Shown here: piece after piece, positions 1-6,281 of the stretch
Layout: every line of letters begins with the position of its first letter
Position numbering within the stretch: the stretch's first letter is position 1
NCBI GenBank assembly: GCA_038213805.1
Contig: JBBQSO010000130.1
Coordinates: 1 to 10,462 of the forward strand
Reading direction: 5' to 3'
Length of the DNA stretch: 10,462 nucleotides
Source: Planctomycetota bacterium
GTDB taxonomy: Bacteria > Planctomycetota > UBA11346
The notes under the pieces: model-generated
What the model was told of the DNA's origin: nothing
Seen by the model: only the letters and a program-made list of their open reading frames with translations
Databases searched by the model: none
Position numbers and translations under genes: made by a program

Positions 1-1617
1 CGGCGACCGCAGCTCGCCCTCCTCGAGTTCGCGCTCGAGTTCGGCAGGCCGCATCGCTGCCAGCTCACGGGCCAGCTGCATCGCCTTGGCCCGCTCGACC
101 ATCAGCGGCGCGAGCAGGCTCGGGCGGATCGGCTGCTCGCGCTCTCGGCGCGGACCGCGATCGCCCTTCCGCGCGGTCGGGATCAGCCGGAACTCGCGCG
201 CCTTCATCAGCGTGTCGCCGGTGAAGACGATGCGGCACTCGTGCCGCTCCTCCAGCTCGGTCAGCTCGCGGTGGCGCGCGTTGAGCATGACGATCGCCAG
301 GTCCTGCGGCACCACGACCTCGAGACGACCGAGTGGCCGGCTGGTCAGCGATTCGCGCACCGCGCGCATGCAGTCGATCTCGAAGGTCTCGGCGGTCTTG
401 ACCGAGCCGGTGCCGACGCAGTACGGGCATTCCGCCGAGGCCAGCATCTTGTGGCTCGGTCGCGTGCGCTGACGCGTCATCTCGACGAGTCCGAAGCGCG
501 AGAGCCCGCCGACCTGGATCTTGGCCTTGTCGCCGGCGAGGGCGCGGCGCAGCGCGAGCTGCACCAGCTTCTGGTGCTCGCGGTCCTCCATGTCGATGAA
601 GTCGATGATGATCAGACCACCGAGATCGCGCAGCACGAGCTGCTCGGCGATCGTCGCCACGGCCTCGATGTTGGTCATGAGCGCGGTGGTCTCGACGTCG
701 CCGGCGTCGCGGTTGCGCGCGCTGTTGACGTCGATCGAGACCAGGGCCTCGGTCTGTTCGATGACGATGGTGCCACCCGATGGCAGCTGGACCTTGCGCT
801 CGTAGATGGTCGCGACGCGGTCCTCGAGGCCGTAGAAGGTGAAGAGCGGCAGCTCTTCGCGGTGCAGCTGGATGCGGTCGCACAGCTCGGGCATGAAGAC
901 CTGGGCGAAGGCGCGCGCCTCGTCGTAGAGCTTTTCTTCATCGATGACGATGGCCTGGGCGTCGGCGCTGGCGAGATCGCGCAGCGTGCGCACCACCACG
1001 TCGGCCTCCTGGTAGAGGCAGAAGGGCGCGCGCGCGCGGCCCTGCAGGGCGAGGATTTCCGCCCACAGGCGCTTGAGGAACTCGTAATCCAGGCGGATCT
1101 CGTCGTCGCGGCGGTCGGCGCTGGCGGTGCGCACGATGAAGCCCATGCCCTCGGGCGGTTCGAAGGTCGAAAGGATGCCCTTGAGGCGCTTGCGCACCGC
1201 CGGGTCCTCGATGCGCTTCGACACGCCCTTGGCCTGCTCGGAGTTCATCATCACCAGGTAGCGGCCGGGCACGCTCAGGTACATGCTCACGCACGGGCCC
1301 TTGTCCTTGATCGCCTCTTTGGTGATCTGGACGATGATCTCCTGGCCGGCGTGCAGCGCCTGCTCGATGCGCGCGCCGCCACCCTTGCCGTGGATGACCT
1401 CGTCGATGTGGATGAAGCCGTTCTTGCCCGCGCCAAGATCGAGGAAGGCGGCGTCGAGGCTGGGCTCGACGTTGGCGACGCGCGCCTTGTAGATGTTGCC
1501 GAGGTGCTGGCCTTCGCCGATGCGCTCGTGGATCAGCGCCTCGAGCTTGCCGTCGCGGATGACGCCGACGCGCAGTTCCTGCTCGTCAACGACATTCATC
1601 AGGATGTGGGAACCCAT
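1..1617 (-). CDS. rne: Rne/Rng family ribonuclease (RNase E-like), 3'-truncated by the window edge
   Basis: Manual translation from the ATG at 1617 stays open to position 1: MGSHILMNVVDEQELRVGVIRDGKLEALIHERIGEGQHLGNIYKARVANVEPSLDAAFLDLG... It has the S1-domain motif GNIYKARV..VEPSLDAAF, then KEAIKDKGP, catalytic SIDVNS and RDLGGLIIIDFIDM, SRFGLVEMTRQR, and the Zn-link CPYCVGTG. It is missing from the ORF track, presumably because no stop codon lies in the window. rne versus rng is not certain; the Zn-link plus a continuing C-terminal extension favours RNase E-like. Confidence 0.95.
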   Translation of the reverse strand, partial: MGSHILMNVVDEQELRVGVIRDGKLEALIHERIGEGQHLGNIYKARVANVEPSLDAAFLDLGAGKNGFIHIDEVIHGKGGGARIEQALHAGQEIIVQITKEAIKDKGPCVSMYLSVPGRYLVMMNSEQAKGVSKRIEDPAVRKRLKGILSTFEPPEGMGFIVRTASADRRDDEIRLDYEFLKRLWAEILALQGRARAPFCLYQEADVVVRTLRDLASADAQAIVIDEEKLYDEARAFAQVFMPELCDRIQLHREELPLFTFYGLEDRVATIYERKVQLPSGGTIVIEQTEALVSIDVNSARNRDAGDVETTALMTNIEAVATIAEQLVLRDLGGLIIIDFIDMEDREHQKLVQLALRRALAGDKAKIQVGGLSRFGLVEMTRQRTRPSHKMLASAECPYCVGTGSVKTAETFEIDCMRAVRESLTSRPLGRLEVVVPQDLAIVMLNARHRELTELEERHECRIVFTGDTLMKAREFRLIPTARKGDRGPRREREQPIRPSLLAPLMVERAKAMQLARELAAMRPAELERELEEGELRSP

Positions 1618-1720
1618 GGAAAACCACCGGAATTGGTGGCGGCTCACCCGTGGGGAGCCGCCGATGCGGGCCCTGGCGGGGGTGCGCAACCGCGCACGCT
1701 GCCTCGCCGGGCAAGCTGGC

Positions 1721-1749
1721 ATGCTAGTGGCTGGGCCGTGAGTCCACAA
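1721..1749 (-). promoter_or_regulatory. Candidate sigma70 promoter for rne
   Basis: The minus strand reads TTGTGG (1749-1744), a 17-bp spacer, then TAGCAT (1726-1721). The key T, A and T of the -10 are kept. It lies downstream of the pil terminator and about 100 nt upstream of the rne ATG. Confidence 0.5.
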
Positions 1750-1773
1750 CCCCCTGGGCCCGGGGCCGGGCCC

Positions 1774-1801
1774 GGCTGGCGGCTGGCGGCTGGCGGCTCG
1801 C
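1774..1801. repeat. Heptamer tandem repeat (GGCTGGC)x3 + GGCTCGC
   Basis: Read directly. It is the near reverse complement of the array at 1877-1932. Confidence 0.85.
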
Positions 1802-1848
1802 GACCGTGGTCGTTACTGACTTCGGATTTGGAACAAGCCTCTGAATAC

Positions 1849-1879
1849 GACGAAACCGGCGCGCAGCGCCGGTTTCGTC
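1849..1879 (-). terminator. Probable intrinsic terminator or stabilising hairpin after pilQ
   Basis: Perfect 14-bp inverted repeat GACGAAACCGGCGC-gca-GCGCCGGTTTCGTC, 55 bp after the pilQ stop. The GC-rich core is followed on the minus strand by TTTCGTCGTATT, an imperfect U-tract. Confidence 0.75.
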
Positions 1880-1932
1880 AGCCGTCAGCCGTCAGCCGTC
1901 AGCCGTCAGCCGTCAGCCATCAGCCATCAGCC
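1877..1932. repeat. Heptamer tandem repeat (GTCAGCC)x6 + (ATCAGCC)x2
   Basis: Eight consecutive 7-bp units (56 bp) between the pilQ stop codon and the terminator hairpin. Confidence 0.97.
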
Positions 1933-1934
1933 AC

Positions 1935-3593
1935 TCACGGCTCCGGCGTCAGCCCGTTCTTCTGCTCGCTCGGCGCGGCGACCGGCTTGAGGTCGAGGCC
2001 CGAGATGCGCTCGCGCAGGCGGCGGCGCGGCTCGTCCATGTCGCTCTTGTCGGTGAGCGGGATGATGCGCGGGGTGATGAAGATGGTGAGGTTCTTCTGG
2101 TCGACGCTCTCGGTGCGCTTCTTGAACAGCCAGCCGAGGCCGGGGATCGAGCCGAGCAGCGGGATCTGACGGTTCTCCTCGAGGCTCTTGTTCTGGAGGA
2201 TGCCGCCGATCACACCGGTCTTGCCGTCGGCGACCATGATCACCGTGCTGAGCTCGGTGGTGTCCTTGGTCGGCAGCTTGATCGCTGCGAAGTCGCCGGC
2301 GGTGGTGGCCTTGCCGTTGGTGAAGGTCACCAGGGTGGCCTTCTCGTTGAGTGCGGCGAGTTCGATCGAGATGAAGCCGTCGGTGGTGATGTGCGGCGTC
2401 ACGGTGATGGTGATGCCGTCCTTCACCGGGCTGCTTGAGGCTTCCTTCAGGGTGATGATCGGGTTGCCGTTGGTGTCCTGGGTCACCGTGGTCTCGGCGT
2501 AGTGGATCTCCTGCCCGATGCGGATCTTGGCCGCGGTGTTGTCCAGGGTCAGGACCTGCGGCGCCTGCAGGATCTCGGTGCTGCCCAGGGTCGAGATCGC
2601 CTCGAAGGCGAAGTCGGCGGTGAGCTGGCCGTTCGCGGTCGGCACGTTCGGGGTGGTGCCGCCCTGGTGGTTGGTGTAGTTGACGCCACCGCCGAAGACG
2701 TCGTTGAACGGCGTGAAACTGGTCGCGAGGTTGCCGATGTCCTTGACGTTGAAGCTCATGTTGATCGGGTCGAAGCCGAGACGCTGGGCGTCGCTGTTCG
2801 AGAACTCGACGAACTTCATCTCGATCTGCACTTCGCGGGTGCGGCCGTCGAGCACCTGGATGATGCGCGCGGCGGCTTCGAGGGCGGGCGGGGTGTCGGT
2901 CAGGATCAGGCTGTTGCTGCGCGCATCGATCACCACCTTGCCGTCCGCGCTCAGCGAGCTCTGCACCTCGGTGCTGAGCTCCTTGGCGTTGGAGTAGTTG
3001 AGGTGGAAGATCTGGGTGTGCAGGTCCTTCTGCAGCTTGTCCTTCGAGACCACGCGGATGATCTGGTATTCCTGCTCGACCCAGGCGTAGCCGGTGGCGC
3101 GCACGATGACGTCGAGCGCCTCGCGCCAGGGCACGCCGTTGAGGGTCATGGTCAGGCGGCGGTTGGCGTCGATGTCATCGCTGATGACGATGTTGACGTT
3201 GGCCTGGCGGGCGAGGGCCTCGAGCACCACGGTCAAGCGCGCGTCCTGGAACTCCATGCGCACCTTGGGCGGGCGGGTCAGCTCCCAGACGCGTTCGCTG
3301 TGCTTCTCAATGACCAGGTCGTAGCGCGCCGCGATCTGCTGCACGGCCTCCTGCCACGTCACGTTGACCAGGCGCAGGGTGACGCGTGGCTGGTCGGGCG
3401 CGTTGCAGACCAGGTTCACCCCGGCGCGGCGGCTGATCCATTGCAGCACGACCTCGAGCGGCTTGTCGCTGGTCTCGATGCTCATGGACGCGCCGCCGGC
3501 GTCGAGCGGGGTGTCGGCACCGTAGGCGCCAGTGCCGATCCCCCCGAGGGAGATGGCCGCGAGGCTGGTGATCACGAGATGGCGCAGGTGCAT
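1935..3593 (-). CDS. pilQ: Type IV pilus / T2SS-family outer-membrane secretin (PilQ-like)
   Basis: N-terminal signal peptide; two N0/STN-like repeats (VVLQWISRRAGVNLV..VTLRLVNVTWQEAV and VVLEALARQANVNIV..LTMTLNGVPWREALDVI); an N3-like domain (IFHLNYSNAKEL..VIDARSNSLILTD); a secretin domain (EVQIEMKFVE, PQVLTLDNTAAKIRIGQEI, GITITVTPHI, VIGGI, IPLLGSIPGLGWLFK, LTIFITPRII). Last gene of a pilN-pilO-pilP operon. Confidence 0.93.
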   Translation of the reverse strand: MHLRHLVITSLAAISLGGIGTGAYGADTPLDAGGASMSIETSDKPLEVVLQWISRRAGVNLVCNAPDQPRVTLRLVNVTWQEAVQQIAARYDLVIEKHSERVWELTRPPKVRMEFQDARLTVVLEALARQANVNIVISDDIDANRRLTMTLNGVPWREALDVIVRATGYAWVEQEYQIIRVVSKDKLQKDLHTQIFHLNYSNAKELSTEVQSSLSADGKVVIDARSNSLILTDTPPALEAAARIIQVLDGRTREVQIEMKFVEFSNSDAQRLGFDPINMSFNVKDIGNLATSFTPFNDVFGGGVNYTNHQGGTTPNVPTANGQLTADFAFEAISTLGSTEILQAPQVLTLDNTAAKIRIGQEIHYAETTVTQDTNGNPIITLKEASSSPVKDGITITVTPHITTDGFISIELAALNEKATLVTFTNGKATTAGDFAAIKLPTKDTTELSTVIMVADGKTGVIGGILQNKSLEENRQIPLLGSIPGLGWLFKKRTESVDQKNLTIFITPRIIPLTDKSDMDEPRRRLRERISGLDLKPVAAPSEQKNGLTPEP

Positions 3594-3633
3594 AGAGGGC
3601 TCGCTGTCGTGCGGTGCGGGTGCTGGTTACGGA

Positions 3634-4371
3634 TTAGCGGGATGCGGGCTTGGCGGCCACATCCTCGCCGACGTAGCGCTGGAACTCGAAACGGCGGCGG
3701 TTGTAGTGGAACAGGAAGTCGACGCGGTTGGTGTCGATGTTGATGATCACGCAGTCCTTGACGCGCTCGTTGACGGCGCGCGCGCGCGGCTCGCCGCCGA
3801 TCACCGCCAGGCTGCCGGTCGAGGACCACAGGATGCCCTCGACTTTGAGGCCGAGCGCGTCGAAGCGCGCCTGGGCCTCTTCGTAGATCTTGGCCTCCTC
3901 GGCCTGCGAGCGGTAGCCCTTGACCTTGGTGATGATCGTCGCGACCGCGGGGTTCTCGCTGTACTTGGCCAGGATCTTGAGGATCTCATCGCTGACCTTG
4001 ATGGCGTCGTCCCACTTGCGGGCGAAGACGAAGGCCTCGACGCGGGCGAGCTCGCGACGGCTCCATTCCATGGCCTGCTCGGCCTGGTCGTCGTTGGCGG
4101 ACGGCCGCGCCACGGGTCCGCCCTTCGCCTCGGCGGCGGTGCCGGCCTCGTCGAGCTTGCGCAGCACCAGCTCGGCCTCGAGGTCGTAGAAGGTGTCGAT
4201 GCGGCCGAGATGCGGGTCGAAGCTCCAGCGCTCCTCGTCGGCGAGCTGGCCGAGCGCGGTCTGCTCGGGTTTGGCAGGAGCGGGCACCGGCGCGTCGGCG
4301 GCCTGGGCCGGACGGGCGCAGGCGCAGACGAGGGCGCAGGCGAGCAGCGCGGGCAGACGGGGATGGCGCAT
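3634..4371 (-). CDS. PilP-like pilus assembly protein with central helical insertion
   Basis: Occupies the pilP position between pilO and pilQ. It has a signal peptide and an RIDTF segment resembling the PilP RDPF motif. The C-terminal beta domain LKVEGILWSSTGSLAVIGGE..VKDCVIINIDTNRVDF resembles the PilP/GspC HR fold. A strong SD lies upstream. Confidence 0.7.
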   Translation of the reverse strand: MRHPRLPALLACALVCACARPAQAADAPVPAPAKPEQTALGQLADEERWSFDPHLGRIDTFYDLEAELVLRKLDEAGTAAEAKGGPVARPSANDDQAEQAMEWSRRELARVEAFVFARKWDDAIKVSDEILKILAKYSENPAVATIITKVKGYRSQAEEAKIYEEAQARFDALGLKVEGILWSSTGSLAVIGGEPRARAVNERVKDCVIINIDTNRVDFLFHYNRRRFEFQRYVGEDVAAKPASR

Positions 4372-4374
4372 GGC

Positions 4375-5070
4375 TTACCTCCCGCCGCCGGCCTGGAGCG
4401 CCGGGTTGTAGGTGTAGGTGACGATGTTCATCTGCACCGAGTGGGAGCCGTGCGTGAGCTTGTGGGTCTCGGGATCGGTGCCCATGCCGCCGGGCTTGAT
4501 GGTGATCGAGTTCACCGTCATGAAGCGCAGGTTCTTCTCGATCAGGTCGATGTACTTGATGATGCCGTTGAGGTCGCCGGAGATGCTGGTCTGGTAGGTG
4601 ACGGTCTGGTACTCGGCGCCGGCTCCGGCGCCGCCACGGCTGCCGGGGCCGCCGCTCTCGTCGATGCGCACGGACAGCACCGCGACCTTGCCGATGTCGC
4701 TGGAGATGTCGCGCGCGAGCTGCTCGATCATCTTGCGCATCTCGGCCTTCTCGCTCTCCAGCGGCAGGCGCTCGCGCGCCTGGGCGATCTCGCCCTGCAG
4801 CGCCTTGAGCTCCTTCTCGCGGGTCTCGCGCCGCAGGCAGATGGCGACCTGGGTGGCGATCTCCTGCTCGGTGCCGGCGATCTGGGTGTAGAGGCTGTCG
4901 GGAAGCTCGCGGTGGACAAACGACGGCAGGTGATCGTCGGGATCGCGCCCGAGCACGCCCAGGTCGCCGTAGATGAACCAGCCCAGCGTCGCGCAGACCA
5001 GCACTGGCGCGGCCACCAGGATGGCGAGCTGCTGGTGTTTATTGAGGTCCTTGAAGGAGCGCGCAGCCAT
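4375..5070 (-). CDS. pilO: Type IV pilus assembly protein PilO
   Basis: Start placed at ATG 5070, 2 bp after the pilN stop. MAARSFKDLNKHQQ is followed by one TM helix, a coiled coil, RERLPLESE (PilO LP motif), and a ferredoxin-like domain with ISGDLNGIIKYIDLIEKNLRFMTVNSITI. Confidence 0.88.
   Translation of the reverse strand: MAARSFKDLNKHQQLAILVAAPVLVCATLGWFIYGDLGVLGRDPDDHLPSFVHRELPDSLYTQIAGTEQEIATQVAICLRRETREKELKALQGEIAQARERLPLESEKAEMRKMIEQLARDISSDIGKVAVLSVRIDESGGPGSRGGAGAGAEYQTVTYQTSISGDLNGIIKYIDLIEKNLRFMTVNSITIKPGGMGTDPETHKLTHGSHSVQMNIVTYTYNPALQAGGGR
4377..4382 (-). promoter_or_regulatory. Shine-Dalgarno GGAGGT for the pilP-like gene
   Basis: The minus strand reads GGAGGT-aagcc-ATG(4371), overlapping the pilO stop codon. 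Confidence 0.7.
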
Positions 5071-5072
5071 GG

Positions 5073-5762
5073 TCACCGCCCTGCCAGGGTCTTGTCTTTG
5101 ATGATCTTGACGCGCTGCCACTGCAGCGGGCCTTCGATCACCACGCGCTGGATGTCGAGATTCTGCTTCGGCTGATCACCCTTGTAGGTGTCCTCGGGCC
5201 TGCCGACGAAGCCCTGCTGGCTCCAGAAGGGGCTGGCCTTGATGGTCGCGAAGAACGATTGGATGTAGTCGCCGGCCTGCTGGCGCTCCTTGCCGACCAA
5301 CTTGTACTTCCAGTTGACGATGAACGAGACCATGGCCTCGCCCTCGCCGGTGCGGTCGACCGGGCCGCCGCCACCCTCGCTGATGGTGAGGTCGAGGCAG
5401 CGCACGTCGAAGCCGGGCACTGTCCAGGTGCCGCCGAGCAGGTTGGCGAAATCATCGATGGTACGCGCCCAGTAGACCTTCTTCGCAAGCAAACCGACGA
5501 TGACGTTGCGACGCTGCTTGAACTCGGCGATCTGCGCCTCAAGCGCGAGCACCTGCGCGGCCTCGGTCTTCTTCTTGGCGAGCTCTTCTTCCTTCGCCTC
5601 CTTGATCAATCGGGCGTTGGGGATGCGGCCCCAGTGGACGTAGGCGAACACGCCGACGAGCAGCAGCGCGGCCACGCCGCCACCTACTACGCTCATGAAC
5701 ATCGGGCTGACGCCACCCTGGCGTCGCCGCAGCTCGGGCGGGAGAAGGTTGATGAGGATCAT
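5073..5762 (-). CDS. pilN: Type IV pilus assembly protein PilN
   Basis: Start placed at ATG 5762, giving the hallmark N-terminal MILINLLPPE (INLLP PilM-binding motif). A TM helix, a coiled coil and KKVYWARTIDDFANLL follow. The 46-codon upstream extension in the ORF track is probably non-coding. Confidence 0.9.
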   Translation of the reverse strand: MILINLLPPELRRRQGGVSPMFMSVVGGGVAALLLVGVFAYVHWGRIPNARLIKEAKEEELAKKKTEAAQVLALEAQIAEFKQRRNVIVGLLAKKVYWARTIDDFANLLGGTWTVPGFDVRCLDLTISEGGGGPVDRTGEGEAMVSFIVNWKYKLVGKERQQAGDYIQSFFATIKASPFWSQQGFVGRPEDTYKGDQPKQNLDIQRVVIEGPLQWQRVKIIKDKTLAGR

Positions 5763-5926
5763 GGGGCTGCCGCCAGGGCGCGTGCGGGTCTGCTGGCTGC
5801 AGGGCCGGGCACGGCGCTCCGCCACGCGTGCGCCGGGTTGAACCGGACGCTGCCGATTCGCCATCCGTTGCGAAGGGGCCTGGGCTGAAGCACGGTCCAC
5901 TCCTGGAGTCGGGACATCCCTGGTTG

Positions 5927-5955
5927 ACCATGAATCACGATTTCAGGCCTGTCAA
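5927..5955 (-). promoter_or_regulatory. Candidate sigma70 promoter of the pilNOPQ operon
   Basis: The minus strand has a perfect TTGACA (5955-5950), a 17-bp spacer and CATGGT (5932-5927; weak -10 keeping A-11 and T-7), in a locally lower-GC intergenic stretch. Confidence 0.55.
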
Positions 5956-6172
5956 AGCCCGCACGTGGTTCTGGTGGAGGTCCGCAACAACTGTAACCCA
6001 GGATCCGCGAATCCGCAAAGGGCGGCATGGAGGATTTCAGGGACGCATGTCCATGGCTCTGGGGCAGGTGCGTGAGACGCGAGCGGCGAGGGGCATAGCA
6101 GGTCGGCTAGCTGCCGAGGTACTGGGTACGCGGCATCAGGTGGCGCGAGACGCTCGGTCAGCCTCAGGCGGT

Positions 6173-6228
6173 GGACTGCGAGTCCACGGTCTTTGGTTCC
6201 GAGCTGCGAGCTGCGGGTTCTGAGTTTC
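6173..6228. repeat. Degenerate heptamer tandem array
   Basis: GGACTGC GAGTCCA CGGTCTT TGGTTCC GAGCTGC GAGCTGC GGGTTCT GAGTTTC: 7-bp periodicity with two identical core units. It overlaps a 7-bp-stem hairpin GTGGACT-gcg-AGTCCAC (6171-6187). Confidence 0.5.
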
Positions 6229-6281
6229 GCTGAAAATCCAATCCACCATGCACGGTGCCGAGCACCTGCCACGCAGCGGGG

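Noticed and set aside
65..883. 272-aa minus-strand Arg/Pro-rich ORF
   Set aside because: Alternative frame inside rne with low-complexity, GC-driven composition.
1877..1932. Repeat arrays as possible CRISPR
   Set aside because: Contiguous 7-bp units without spacers, and no cas genes in the window.
241..2169. 642-aa plus-strand ORF
   Set aside because: Antisense shadow of rne in a high-GC genome. It runs through the terminator and repeats (RQPSAVS repeats) and has no recognisable domain.
2502..5175. Long plus-strand ORFs of 413 aa and 547 aa
   Set aside because: Codon-mirror shadows of pilQ, pilP and pilO; the minus-strand frames carry the family motifs.
5833..5846. GGTTCAAC resembling a tRNA T-loop on the minus strand
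   Set aside because: The stem register does not fit a T-arm and there is no cloverleaf or acceptor stem.
5759..6028. 89-aa minus-strand ORF ending in an ATGA overlap with pilN (possible pilM remnant or leader peptide)
   Set aside because: No PilM-like motif, it spans the candidate promoter, and the TGA arises automatically from pilN's ATG-ATC start.
6256..6271. Possible sigma54 promoter TGGCAGGTGCTCGGCA on the minus strand
   Set aside because: It fits only GG-N10-GC, lacks the TTGC -12 element, and such matches are common at this GC content.
5763..6281. c-di-GMP-I (GEMM) riboswitch upstream of the pilus genes
   Set aside because: I could not find the GGCAAAC..GNRA..GACGCAAA consensus on the coding strand. 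An Rfam scan would be needed to exclude divergent forms.
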